DNA of 64,000 nt from Eledone cirrhosa. Its lineage: Eukaryota. How positions within the stretch are numbered: position 1 is the first letter of the stretch; every line of letters begins with the position of its first letter. Location of the stretch: positions 34,472,001 through 34,536,000 of the forward strand of contig OZ024754.1 in NCBI GenBank assembly GCA_964016885.1, read 5' to 3'. The notes under the pieces were generated by a model. That model was not told the origin of the DNA and did not search any database. It saw only the letters and a list, made by a program, of their open reading frames with translations. The position numbers were made by a program, and so were the translations under genes. Shown here in pieces: positions 1 to 12,584 of this stretch.

Positions 1-745
1 GCCCTAGAAACGATCGTTAAATAGTGAACTTTTTTTGTTTAATATAAGGAATTGTTCGTTCATTATTTGTTTAATATTTTATCTTGACTCTGTATACCGT
101 TTATCTTTCACCGAAATTGGATTTTCATTACATCTCTTCTTTCCATGATATCCGGAATACATTGAGTTCTTCATACGGATTGGACACTACCGTAAACTCT
201 TGGTAGATTTATCTACATATATATATATATATATATATCTTGGTGTTAGGAAGGGCATCCAACTGTAGAAACCAAGTTAAAATCAATTCTGTATGAGCAA
301 AATACAGTCCTCTGTGTAGGTATATGTGCATGTGTTTACATGGGTAAATGTCTGTTTGTGCTTATGTTGATGTATGTGTGTACACACACACACACACATA
401 TAAACCTATGTACATAAAAATAATACGCAATTACTAAATGTAACAAATTGATGAATAGATCTGTGAATATGTATGTATGCGTATATTTAGATAAATACAG
501 ACATACACATACACACACACACTCATCTCTCCTGCTCACTCTTTCTTGCTCCCCCCCCTCTCTTTCTCCTCCCTCCCACTCTGTCTTACATGGTGCATGC
601 GAGTATGCAACTTACAGATGCATAAATGCAGCTCATTGCACACTCAATAAGGAAATGTAAATATAAAGCACATTAACAACAACAACAAAATACTAATGAT
701 TCTTAAAAATCCAGATGCAGTAGAATTTCAGCTGATCCAGAACAT

Positions 746-809
<64 letters not shown>

Positions 810-1068
810 ACAGTAAGGAGAGAAATACACATAAATATATGTATTCGATTATAGAGAATATATCCCCTATAATCAAATACATATATTTATGTGTATTTGC
901 CTCTTTACTGTTTTATAAAGAGCTTGGAATTTGTTCCTTGAGCTTATTTGATTGTAGAGGATTATTGAGTTTCTAACTCAACATTTTAATTTTATATATA
1001 ATATGTATATATATGTGTGTGTGTATATAAGCAAAAGGCATATTTAATTTGTTGGGAATTCAACAAAT

Positions 1069-1405
1069 CATCATCATCATCACTTTACGTCCGCTTTTCC
1101 CTGCTTGCAAGGGTGGGACGAGAACTGATTCTGGCTTGATTTCTACAGCTGGATGCCCTTCCTAACACAAACCACATTTACAGTGAGTGCTGGGTGCTTT
1201 TTTGCCGTGGCACCTCCACAACCACTTTGCAGTGGAATGATATGGACCTCTGTCTCTATCATCTCATTTCTACAGCTGAGTAAACTGGAGCAATGTGAAA
1301 TAAAGTGTCTTGCTCAAGGAAACAACACATCACCCGGTCTGAGAATTGATCTCACAACCTTTTGATTGCAAGGCCAATGCTCTAACCACTAAGCCATGTG
1401 CCTCT
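1069..1405 (-). mobile_element. tRNA-derived SINE with RTE-type 3' tail
   Basis: On minus: A-box-like TGGCTTAGTGG, degenerate B box, TTGAGCAAGACACTT domain, a tail shared with RTE 3' ends, and a (TGA)n terminus. Confidence 0.75.
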
Positions 1406-1506
1406 ATATAAATGTTTATAACTGATTCAAAGCACTCGACATGTTTTCTGGAGTATAATATTCAATGATATTAAGTAAATGGAAACTATATTTATAAAAC
1501 CATACT

Positions 1507-1567
1507 TATTCTATTATATATATTTCAAGGGTACCAAAACTTTGGTACGCTCTCATCAGATAAAATA
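1507..1567 (-). ncRNA. Minimal type I hammerhead ribozyme motif (inverted copy)
   Basis: Reverse complement of the 1638-1698 motif. Confidence 0.75.
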
Positions 1568-1637
1568 CTATCCAGGAAAAACTTGAACTGTTAAGATCTT
1601 CTTCCTGGATATGTCAATATTTATAAAACAAACTTTG

Positions 1638-1698
1638 TATTTTATCTGATGAGAGCGTACCAAAGTTTTGGTACCCTTGAAATATATATAATAGAATA
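1638..1698 (+). ncRNA. Minimal type I hammerhead ribozyme motif
   Basis: TATTTTAT-CTGATGA-[GAGCGTACCAAA/TTTGGTACCCTT]-GAAA-TATATA-TA^ATAGAATA: stem I, stem II, 1-bp stem III with palindromic loop. Confidence 0.75.
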
Positions 1699-1778
1699 AA
1701 TATGGTTTTATAAATATAGTTTCTATTTCATCATCATCATCATCATCATCATTTTACGTCCGCTTTTCCCTGCTTGCA

Positions 1779-1827
<49 letters not shown>

Positions 1828-1900
1828 CTACATCTATGAGTAGGTATGTGTATATATGCATGTGTGTATGTGTATGTATATTGTATATATATATATATTG

Positions 1901-2325
1901 TATATGTATGTATATGTTTGTATATTTTATATGTATATCTGGATATATCTACGTATGTGTATATCTACGTATGTGCATATATATATATATATATATGTCT
2001 GTATGTATGTGTATTATATTTGTATATTTGTAGGTATATATATGTTTGTAGGGATGCATGGATGGATGTATATATCTGTATACATCTTATTAGAGAAAAA
2101 AATCCATTATCTCTAATAAGATGTATACAGATATAGAGATATATACACCCATCCATCCTTGCATCCATACAAACATATATATACCTACAAATATACAAAT
2201 ATAATGTACGTATACATACATACAGACATGTATATATGCACATGACTACACACACTCATAGATATACACATACGTAGATATATCCAGATATACATATAAA
2301 ATATACAAACATATACATACATATA
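1901..2325. repeat. Fold-back inverted duplication of low-complexity sequence
   Basis: Arms ~1901-2096 and 2110-2325 are reverse complements (e.g. ATCTGTATACATCTTATTAGAGA / TCTCTAATAAGATGTATACAGAT) around a 13-bp loop. Confidence 0.85.
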
Positions 2326-2620
2326 TGAACACATATATGTATGTGTATATATGTATATGTGTGTGTATATATGTATGTGTGTATATATAGGTGTATATAT
2401 GTGTGTGTATGCCTCAATACAAACATGCTTTTTATGTTCCTTCCTCTTCTCACTTTCTATTTTTCTATTTCATCTTTTATTCCTCATTCTATCTTCTGAT
2501 AAAGGAATAGTGTCTGAAACATAAATACCCTTTTTCTACTATATCAAATGTTAAACTAATATATTTCTTCATTGTAATTGTACTGTGTTGTTCGCTTTGT
2601 TTTTTCCTTTTACATTTTGC

Positions 2621-2651
<31 letters not shown>

Positions 2652-2652
2652 A

Positions 2653-2860
2653 GAAAAAGTATGACCCCGACGGCAGAGCTCAAGCCGTTTCGACGGCTAT
2701 TTCTGGACTAAATTAGAATTTTAGTCCAGAAATAGCTGTCGAAAGGCTTGAGCTCTGCTGTCGGGGTCATACTTTTTCCTATTTCCCACTCTACTACCAT
2801 AAGTATTGAGTACTCTGGTGTGTTATGGTCCATCTGGTTCCTTACAACAATTCCTTTGTT
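2653..2860. mobile_element. Palindromic element family B, short copy with only the GAAA/stem III/GUC half of the hammerhead
   Basis: ~60-bp inverted arms at 2653-2712 and 2720-2778. The tail 2780-2860 is homologous to the reverse complement of 34765-34845. Flanked by (TA)n. Confidence 0.7.
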
Positions 2861-2928
2861 ATATATATATATATATATATGTATGTATATGAATTATAAG
2901 AATCAAAGAACTGTTCAAAACATTTTTA

Positions 2929-2975
2929 TGCTTACAACTGTTTCCTCCAAACCGAGGTTTGGATTCTTCGGAGCA
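2929..2975 (-). ncRNA. Minimal hammerhead-like motif, CCGAAGA core variant
   Basis: Minus strand reads TGCT-CCGAAGA-A-[TCCAAACC/GGTTTGGA]-G-GAAA-CAGTTG-TA^AGCA. Confidence 0.55.
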
Positions 2976-3557
2976 ATTTATTATTGAATGAACACTTATA
3001 TGACCTCCTTTTCACCCAAGAGACATACAGATACATATGCAAATATTGTGGGTCAACATTCATTACAGCATTTAGTGATGTTATTACATTGAGCTATTTA
3101 ACTTACTGGTAATAAGGTAGTAGTATATTACTGCCTACCACTATTTAGGGTTTATAAAAATATATATAACTACAAAAGGTTTTTGTATTTGCATAACCAT
3201 AAATAGTATAATCAATACTATGTATGTATATATATATAATTATGTGTATGTATAAGCAGGACCCTTCAGTTTGTGTCAAAAGACCCTACAACTTCTCCTC
3301 TGCATGCAATATGACCGTATGTAAGTAGAATAGTGACCCCTCATCCTGTCTAGGTGGTCTGTAGCCCTGCTTCAATACTGACTTAGTCTATATAGATCTG
3401 TCCAACCCTTGCTAGCAACAAAAGCAGATGTTAGATGATGATGATGTATATCTGTAATGCTGGAAACATGATAAAATGGAGTGGTTGACAATGTACCTGT
3501 AATGTTATTTCAGATACGATGTTATGTTATTACAGATATAATATTATGTTATTACAG

Positions 3558-3709
3558 ATACAATGTACATTTGCACAGAAGATGCTTTCCCAACCAAACG
3601 GTTCACCCAGTTGATTGAAACATGGCGACAAAAAGGAATTTGGAAGAATCTTGCAGGGGGCCATCTTTATCCGGGTGACCATGTTTACATAGAACACGTC
3701 ACAGATGTA
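3558..3709 (+). CDS. XRCC3: XRCC3 (RAD51 paralog) internal coding exon
   Basis: ttacAG acceptor (3556-3557) and GTGAGT donor (3710). Translates TMYICTEDAFPTKRFTQL...HVYIEHVTDV, matching the XRCC3 motifs YICTEDAFP-KR--QL and IFIEHVADV as I recall them. Confidence 0.93.
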
Positions 3710-4911
3710 GTGAGTAAACAGTTATACACTGTTAACCATTTCGATGATGATGATATATATACATACCTGAACACACACACAAGGCTCAAAAACTTTATAA
3801 ATACATTAACACAGATGTAACAATTAAAATATCTTTGTGTGTGAGAGTATGAATAGACATTTGTATGTGCTTAGCTTTCAACATTTGATGTGTTTGAGTG
3901 TGTGTGTGTGTGTGTATTTGTTTCTCTGACCCTTTCCATTCTCATTTGAACAACCTCCTTGCTAATTCTCAATTACTACAGACTTTGTTAAAAAAAATAA
4001 AGAAACTGATCATCAATTCGGTTTGAAGCTATTTTTAACTAAAGTTAAAGGCAAAAAAAAAGCTAGGGATTGTATTATATACAAGCACATATATTTTAAA
4101 TATAAAATCACTACCTATGATTGTTAAATATTTTTGAAAAAATATCAAGATTTTGGAAGGATTAAATAATATAACTCATTTTCTAATTATTAAGGTGGTT
4201 TGGGGGACATAACTTACTGAAGAATCTTACATAAAAAAATTTTTTTAAGGTTTTTAGATAAATATAAATACTTTAAAACCAACCATATATAGTATCATAG
4301 AACCAAGAATGGTTTCGGGTGATTTAGTATAAAACAGATTTTAACTTCTGTAAGAGCTAGCTATGGTTCTCATTGCTCAGAAGATAATACAATGTTCTTG
4401 ACTTAGTCTAATTATTTCTCCATTCCTTAAGAACAAAAGAGTATTATGCCAAGTCAAATGAAATCATTAATAGTTATTCATTTGAAATTCCAAGACTGAT
4501 TACTTTTATTAATCAACTAAGAAAAAACAAAATCACTTAACACAGACATCACTGAGGAGTTAAGAAGTTCACTTCACAACCACATGGCTTCAAGTTCAGT
4601 CCCACTGTTTCTTCTACTATAGCCTCAGGTTGACTAATGCTTTGTGAGTGGAATTTGGTTGACAGTGACTGTGCCTATCATATATATATACAGAGTGAAA
4701 CCTTGCTTCGTGAATTTAATTCGTTCCTATGGCCCTTACTGTTTATATATTTCCTCTAACAGTTCAACAAAAAGAAATCAATAGAATAGGTGCCAGACAT
4801 GAAAAAAGTAAATAACTTTGGTGGATATGACCAACTAATTTCCTTCAAGGCTGTGCCCCAGCATGGTCACAATCTAATGACTGAAACCACAACTCTATGT
4901 GTTCTCACAGT

Positions 4912-5522
4912 ATCCTTCTACTACACACATGAAACTGTTAACCCTATTCTTTCTTCTACTACACACATGAAACTGTTAACCCTATTCTTTCTTCTACTGC
5001 ATACATAAGACTATTAACCCTATTCTTTCTTCTACTACACACATGAAACTGTTAACCCTATTCTATCTTCTACTACACACATGCAACTGTTAACCGTATT
5101 CTTTCTTCTACTGCATACATAAGACTATTAACCCTATTCTTTCTTCTACTACGCACATTAAACTGTTAACCCTATTCTTTCTTCTACTACACACATGAAA
5201 CTGTTGACCCTATTCTTTCTTCTACTACACACATGAAACTGTTAACCCTATTCTTTCTTCTACTACACACATGAAACTGTTGACCCTATTCTATCTTTTT
5301 TACTACACACATGAAACTGTTAACCCTATTCTATCTTCTACTACACACATGAAACTGTTGACCCTATTCTTTCTTCTACTACACACATGAAACTGTTAAC
5401 CCTATTCTTTCTTCTACTGTATACATAAGACTATTAACCCTATTCTATCTTCTACTACTGTTAACCCTATTCTATCTTCTACTGTATACATGAAATTGTT
5501 AACCCTATTCTATTTCTACTAC
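4912..5522 (+). repeat. 38-bp intronic minisatellite (~16 units)
   Basis: Unit CTACACACATGAAACTGTTAACCCTATTCTTTCTTCTA with variants; ends ~35 nt upstream of the XRCC3 acceptor. Confidence 0.9.
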
Positions 5523-5558
5523 TTACTTGAAAGTCTTAATTTTTATGTTTTTCTGCAG

Positions 5559-5771
5559 GAAAACCTTATTGTGTGTCTTGAAAGAAAATTGCCCGTTCTA
5601 ATAAAAAGAAGAAAGATCAAACTTATAGTTTTGGATTCTGTGGCTGCTTTGTTTCGTTCAGAATATGCCCTTGAAGATACACTGCTGCGTTCAAAACATT
5701 TGCATTCCATTGCTAAAGAACTACACCATATAAGCATGTTTTACAATATACCTGTAGTATGTGTCAATCAG
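5559..5771 (+). CDS. XRCC3: XRCC3 internal coding exon with Walker B motif
   Basis: tttttctgcAG acceptor and GTGAGC donor, phase 0 at both ends. Translates ENLIVCLERKLPVLIKRRKIKLIVLDSVAALFRSEY...PVVCVNQ (RecA/RAD51-family LIVLDS Walker B and NQ motif). Confidence 0.95.
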
Positions 5772-5989
5772 GTGAGCAGGGATTATTGATTTTTTTTTTT
5801 TTTCCAGGTTCAGTTTTGTGTTATATCATCATCATCATAATCATCATCATCATCACCATCATTATCATCGCCATCATTATCATCTCCATCATTTTACATT
5901 TGTTTTCTGTGCTGACCTGGGATGTGAACTATGTCCTGTTCAAATATTCTATCTTGTTATGGTTTCTACAACTGGATGTTCTTCCTATC

Positions 5990-6335
5990 ACCAACTACTT
6001 TACAGAGTGTACTGGATTTATTTTATGATATCAACACCACCACTTTACAGAATGCATTGAATGCATTTTACCATGGCACCATAACTATCTCTTTACAGAA
6101 TGTATTGGGTGCATTTTATCATGGTACTATCACTTCACAGAATGTCCTCGGTGTATTTTATAGCATCAGCACTACCACTTCACAGAGTGTATTGGGTGTG
6201 TTTTATCATGGCACTATCACTAACACTTTACAGAATGCACTGGGTGTATATTATCATGGCATCAGCACTACAACTTCACAGAGTGTACTGGGTGTATTTT
6301 ATCATGGCACCATCGCTAACACTTTACAGAATGCA
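5990..6335 (+). repeat. Degenerate ~45-bp tandem repeat resembling the RTE/SINE tail subrepeat
   Basis: Repeated ACAGA(G/A)TG(T/C)A(C/T)TGGGTG(T/C)ATTTTATCATGGCAC; follows the TTTCTACAACTGGATG tail motif. Confidence 0.7.
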
Positions 6336-6589
6336 CAGAAATAGGCAAAAATCTAAACCCCATTTATAAGCCAAGGCACATTATGTTTAGATGGTGCGGT
6401 TTTGAAATTCTCATGAGTGGACAATGTATTTATGAAGTTTTGATATTTAAAATGTTTTAAGTGTCATTTAGAGTATAGTTTTTGTTTCACAATTCCATTA
6501 TGTAATGATTTTTTACCAATTTCCGACCATTTTGTTGGCTATATTTATTCAAAACACATAAAAAACAATAAGAAATCTGGATTTCATAT

Positions 6590-6745
6590 TGAAAGTAAAA
6601 CCGGTATGATATTCACCTCCAAAGTGAAACTGGTGTAATATTCACTTCCAAAGTGAAACAGGTGTAATATTCACCTCCAAAGTGAAACCGGTGTAATATT
6701 TACCTTCAAAGTGAAACTGGTATAATATTTACCTCCAAAGCAAAA
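6590..6745 (+). repeat. 29-bp tandem repeat (~5 units)
   Basis: AAAGTGAAACCGGTGTAATATTCACCTCC repeated with substitutions. Confidence 0.85.
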
Positions 6746-7968
6746 ATCTTTTAGTACCTCATGTATGTAGAATTTTGAAATTGGTGAAAATTGGCAAAAT
6801 ATTGACCTTGAATATGTCACATTTTTACCATTGAATTTTTAAAAAAAATTTGTTATCACATATTTTGCAGCTTATATATGAGTGTATATGGTATATTTTG
6901 TAGAATAACTGAGGTTTTGTGAGACAATATTTTTCAAAATGTGGACTCATTGAATGTCAGGTGATTTCTATGCGACCTTCCAGGATAAAAGCCATCCCCA
7001 AACCCTAATACCTTATCCACTTAGCCAGCTTCTACTATATAATACATATAAGCATTTGTTTGATTGTTTCCTTCTTTCTTTTCTCATTAAACTAAATGCA
7101 CTCCAATTGAAAACAGTTTCAGAACTGTCATTTAACACAATTCCTATGTTATCACTATCAGCAAACTACTTCAACCTTATTTTATACTCCAGAAACAATC
7201 AACTTTACAAATAGATTTTTTTTTTTACATGCAATAACACTTAGATTAGCCAAACAGCTGCCTACACACATTAACATATAAACTCACATGAGTGAGTTAC
7301 CAACACAATTTACCAAATTCTCAAGCAGACAACAAAGTTACCCCGCACCAAAAAAAAAAAAAAAAAAAAAAATTCTCAGAGTAACCTATATTGGTATATA
7401 ACTTCAACATATCTCTTAACAGACACCTTTCTTACATATAGTTGTGAGAAGATTCAACTTACATACACTTCATTGCTTTACATAACAGCAAATTAAGCTG
7501 ATGGAATTTCCTTTGAATCCCGACCCCACCCTTCAACTCCCAGTCCCCCATCCCCCATACTTCCCCACTTACATGTTTTATTAACTCTTAACTTCTTATG
7601 ATTTAGCAGAAAATGTCTAAAACCAGGTTTGTTAATTCAACTGTTTATAGTATCTTTACTTGGAGACAGATCATTGTGAAAATTTCCTGTAAACTAAAGT
7701 AAAAACATACTGCTGTTTTGTACTTGTCAAGAGTGTCATGCTAATGTAATTTCCTGTGAAACAGGTGTGGCTGTGTGGTTAAGAAGTTTGTTTAACAACC
7801 ATTTGCTTTCAAGTACTCTCCCACCATACAGTACCTTGTGTAAATCTCTTCTACTATAGGCTTGGGCCAAATAATACTTTGTGAGTGAAATTTAGTAAAT
7901 GGAGATTGTAAGTTAGCCCATCAAGTGTATCCCGCTCGTCCCCTCAATCCATTTTATTTCTCATTATT

Positions 7969-8004
7969 TCTTCTAATGAAGGACTAGCGTCCGAAACGTT
8001 AAGA
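7969..8004 (+). ncRNA. Hammerhead motif family C, core mutated (CTAATGA)
   Basis: TCTT-CTAATGA-A-GGAC-TAGC-GTCC-GAAA-CG-TT^AAGA. Confidence 0.5.
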
Positions 8005-8079
8005 CCCTAATATATACCTTCCATATACTGTACCGATTGTGTTGTTATTTCTGTTTACCTTTTACATACATATATATAT

Positions 8080-8484
8080 TACCCAATTACACCTCTCAAA
8101 GGCAATGACACACGACCGTGACCTCTGACGTCACGCAGTAATACAGAGTACCCGACCTCCCATGGGTACAAGCTGAAGCATATAGACAATATGCCCCCCC
8201 CCCCCCACCCCCCCACCGCAAGGTGGTCGTGGAGGTGCCACAGCAAAAAAGCACCCAGCCCACACTGTAAAGTGGACGTGTAGGCACCACGAAAAAAGCA
8301 CCCAGCACTCACTGTAAATGAGGTTGGTGTTAGGAAGGGCATCCAGCTGTAGAAATCAAGCAAACCAGTTCCTGTATGAGCAAGGCATGGTCAGCCGACC
8401 AGACACTACCCACAACAGGACAACCCGTCTAACCCATGCTAGCGTGGAAGAACGGACGTAAAACGGTGATGATGATGATGATGA

Positions 8485-8487
<3 letters not shown>
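8080..8487 (+). mobile_element. 5'-truncated RTE 3' end
   Basis: Remnant HLSKAMTHDRDL..AVIQSTR matches the C-terminus of the RTE ORFs at 32761 and 62299. Shared tail with (TGA)n; near-identical copy at ~21880-22222. Confidence 0.75.
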
Positions 8488-8526
<39 letters not shown>

Positions 8527-8911
8527 TGTATATATTTGAGGAAGACGGCCTATTGAACAGGGATTTTGAGACTAGATATAGTTAGTTACTTAACCACTAC
8601 CATGCTAGTCGATACATCGATCTCCATCAATCAATTGACCCTCTGAAACGATTGTAAAACGATGAACTAACTATCTACCTACACCTGACTTCTGTTTTTT
8701 TTTTTATTGTTCAATGCACAAACACGTATATGTATGTATATATATGTATATATGACAGGGAATAATGAGAGTCTGGCTCCGTTAATCTATCGTGATATAT
8801 GTATATATATGTATGTATATATATGTATATATGACGGGGAATAATGAGAGTCTATGGATCCGTAAATCTATCGTGATATATGTATATATATGTATGTATA
8901 TATGTATATAT

Positions 8912-9552
8912 GCGCGCCGAATAACCCGCGCGTTGCTGTGTTTCACACATTTTGGGGGTAAGAAAATGATGATTGATTTTAAATCAGTGATATAATTTAT
9001 GGAGAAAAAACTCTGCATTTCAATATTACTCGATGTAAAATGTAATGCATGAAAAATTGGAAAACATTATTTTTTGTAATAAATCAAATCAAAATTATAT
9101 TTTTAAATCTTATTCTTATTTTGTTTCTTGTAAATAATTTTTTTTTAAATATCAATTCAAAACTTGATCATTTCATTTTTGTGTAAAGCATTATTTTCAA
9201 ATTAGAAATTCAAACTTCCAATACTCAAGTTATGGGCTTACAAAATTTTCACTATAGGGGGGTTTAACCCCCATTAGGGTGTCTTAATATTATTGAAATT
9301 TGCTGAAATTTTGTGAATAGGCATCATATGTCATTTACCTATGGTTTAAATTTCATATAAATCGAATGGAAAAGATTTTCAGCGGGAGTTTGTGCCCCTG
9401 GGGAACCCTTTGATTAAAATGAAATATACTTATCCAAGTACCCTGGGCAATGTAGTTTCAGAATATATATAGTTATGGGGGTCTATCTCCAAAACCATAG
9501 CAGGAGTTCGTGAACAAACAAACAGACAGGAACTACAACTTTATATATAGAT
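8912..9552 (-). mobile_element. Putative non-autonomous Helitron-like element
   Basis: One end is ACCCGCGCGTTGCTGTG (GC-rich subterminal) and the other ACAAACAAACAGACAG...CTTTATATATAGAT, recalling Lep1-type Helitron termini. No CTAG terminus is seen. Confidence 0.4.
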
Positions 9553-9561
9553 ATATATATA

Positions 9562-9596
<35 letters not shown>

Positions 9597-10274
9597 TTGC
9601 TATTATTTGTAAATAGTCGTTAAGACTATTGTCTTGTCCTTTGCCCATTTGTTACTGTCCCTTGTGCATTTGAGCCAGTTGTATTGACCTTAAAGCATCG
9701 AAACAACCTATCTCTAGTGGTCAACTAACGAGATGGGACTAATGTCTGGATTGGTTCATTTTCATGTCTTTGCCTATATATATATATCATCATCATCATA
9801 CGTCCGCTCTTCCCTGCTTGCAAGGGTGGGACGGGAACTGATTCTGGCTCGATTTCTACAGCTGGATGCCCTTCCTAACACCAACCTCATTTACAGTGAG
9901 CGCTGGGTGCTTTTTTTTTTTTCTGTGGCGCCTACACGTCCACTTTACAGTGTGGACTGGGTGCTTTTTTGCCGTGACACCTCCATGACCACTTTGCAGT
10001 AGAATGATAGGGACCCCAGTCCTATCATACCATTTCTACAGCTGAGTAAACTGGAGCAATGTGAAATAATATATATATGTGTGTGTGTGTGTGTATAAAC
10101 AAGGCCCGCATATATATATATATAGGTGTGTTAGTTTACTGCATGCATCTTCATATTAACATTTAAAGCAGCCAGTCACATTTATTTATGCCCTTCATGA
10201 AGCAATATGTCCCACAGCATAGCAGTTGATGTCGATGAGGATTATATACCAACCATATTATAAATGAAATATTG

Positions 10275-10490
10275 TTTCTTATATAGGCACAAGGCCAGCA
10301 ATTTTTTGGGGGTGGAGTTGATTAAATCGACCCTGTGCGAGACTGGTACTTTGTTTTGTGACCCTGTAAGGATGAAAGGCAAAGTTTTACCTCAGCGGGA
10401 TTTGAACTCAGATCATAAAGGGCCGTAACTCTATGCTGCAAAGCATGACGTCTGGCCCTCTACTGATACTGCCAATCCACTGCCCTCATA
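10275..10490 (-). mobile_element. tRNA-derived SINE, family 2
   Basis: On minus: B box GAGTTCAAATCCC followed by CTTTGCCTTTCATCCTTAC. Further copies at ~11077-11250(+), 11330-11487(-), 14180-14380(-), 14390-14500(+), 14510-14710(-), 18250-18548(-), 38050-38208(-), 43815-44105(-), 44935-45095(+). Confidence 0.75.
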
Positions 10491-11599
10491 CCATATTATA
10501 AATGAAATATGAAGGACTGGTATCAGGAAGGGCATACAAGTAAACATAAAAAGGCTGATGATGATGATGGCAACAATAAAAACATGATGTAAAATTGCAG
10601 AAACCATTAATATAATAAACATCTTTCTTCAAAAGAAAAATGATTTGCAATAGATAATATAATAAACCAGCATTATATGCAAATGTGCATCATCATGAAT
10701 GTAATTTTTGTAAAAATCTATATATCCTACCAGTACTGACTGAATAAAAATCCTGAAATACTAGTGTCAGGCATTTTCACTCAACTTGTTTATTATACAT
10801 TAACATATTGTATATGCTTTCATATGGGCTTTCTCTGCCAGGTGTTGCGGCCGGTAGATAGTATCAGCGATGGAAAGACCAATGGAAACATTGTTTCCTT
10901 GGTCCGATTTGACGAGGTCTACCCTACTCAGTAAGCGAATGAGGTCTGAGATCTTGTCGATCGATCAGAACGATATGCTTTCATATATGCCTCTTTTATG
11001 AATCACACTGTGTTAATACTGCTGCTGACACACACACACGCACACACATGAATGTATTATATGTCTGAACAAAGGGCTGTGGATTTGCTGTATTAGTAGA
11101 GCATTGGACAATGTTTTGCAGCATATAATTACGTCCTTTTAAGTTCTGATTTCGAATACCACTGAGGTTAGCTTTGCCTTTCATCCTTACGGTGTCAATA
11201 AAATAAAGTACCAGTAACACACTGGGATCAATTGACTTTCCCCTACCCTGGAACTGTACCTAAATCAGAAACCATTATATGCCTCTGCATACATACATAC
11301 ATAACTTATAAATAATTGTTTCTACATTAGGCACAAGGCAAGCAAATACCCAGTGCATTACTGGTACTTTATTTTATCGACCCCGTAAGGATGAAAGCAA
11401 AGTCAACCTCGGCGGGATTTGAACTCAGATCGTAAAGGGACGTAACTATGCTGGAAAGCATGGCGTCCGACCCTCTACCGATACTGATATAATTTATAAA
11501 TAATGGTTTATTTATTTAAATAATAGAATTTGTGTACCTGTGTATAGATAGAAAATTTCAATTGTTCTAGAAGTTTCTATAAAATTAAACCTATGTCTC

Positions 11600-12345
11600 C
11601 AGTGCATGTGTCTGTGAGCCTGCTACAAATGTGTATGTGTGTGTGTGAACCTGATACAAATGTGTATGTGTTTGAGTGAGCCTGGTACAAATATGTATGT
11701 ATGTGTGTGTGTGTGTGAGAGCCTAGTACAAATATGTATGTGTATGTGTGAACCTGATACAAATGTGTATGTGTGTGTGTGAGCCTGGCATAAATGTGTA
11801 TGTGTGTGTGTGAACCTGATACAAATGTGTGTGTGTTTGAGTGAGCCTGGTACAAATATGTATGTGTGTGTGTGTGATAGAGCCTAGTACAAATATGTAT
11901 GTGTGTGTGTGTGTGTGTGTGAGAGAGCCTAGTACAAATATGTATGTGTATGTGTGAACCTGATACAAATGTGTGTGTGTGTGTGAGCCTGGCATAAATG
12001 TGTATGTGTATGTGTGAACCTGATACAAATGTGTATGTATATGTGTGTGTGTGAGCCTGGCATAAATGTGTATGTGTATGTGTGAACCTGATACAAATGT
12101 GTATGTATATGTGTGTGTGTGAGCCTGGCATAAATGTGTATGTGTGTGTGTGAACCTGATACAAATGTGTATGTGTGTGTGAGAGCCTGGTACAAATATG
12201 TATGTGTATGTGTGAACCTGATACAAATGTGTATGTATATGTGTGTGTGTGAGCCTGGCATAAATGTGTATGTGTGTGTAGGTGAGCCTGGTACAAATGT
12301 GTATGTGTGTGATTGTATGTGTGTGTCTCTGCTACAAATGTATGT
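11600..12345 (+). repeat. Compound minisatellite built on (TG)n with alternating subunits
   Basis: Alternating GAACCTGATACAAAT / GAGCCTGG(T/C)A(C/T)AAAT cores separated by TG/TATG runs. Confidence 0.85.
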
Positions 12346-12584
12346 GGATAAAATAAATCAACCCAGTAATGTACTGGGTTGATTTAATCAACTTTCCCCT
12401 TCAAATTGCTGGCCTTGTGCCTAAAGTAAAAACAATTATTATTAGCTGGAGAAATTTCAATAAAGTCTCTCCCTCAGAAACAAAGCATTGTTAGTATGTC
12501 AAGGTTGTTACCTGTAGCTATGACAGAATTTACTAATTGTCTCAGCAACACTTTTGACAAAGTAATTAGTAATGTCCTTCTACT

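Larger units (their letters stand above)
1477..1728. mobile_element. Palindromic double-hammerhead element, family A copy 1 (Penelope-like pLTR derivative, inferred)
   Basis: 92-bp inverted arms at 1477-1568 and 1637-1728, each with an HHR core. The family tail extends left to ~1030 and is interrupted by a SINE. Confidence 0.75.

Noticed and set aside
1-3500. XRCC3 upstream exons (Walker A region)
   Set aside because: No GxxxxGKT-type exon found; presumably upstream of the window.
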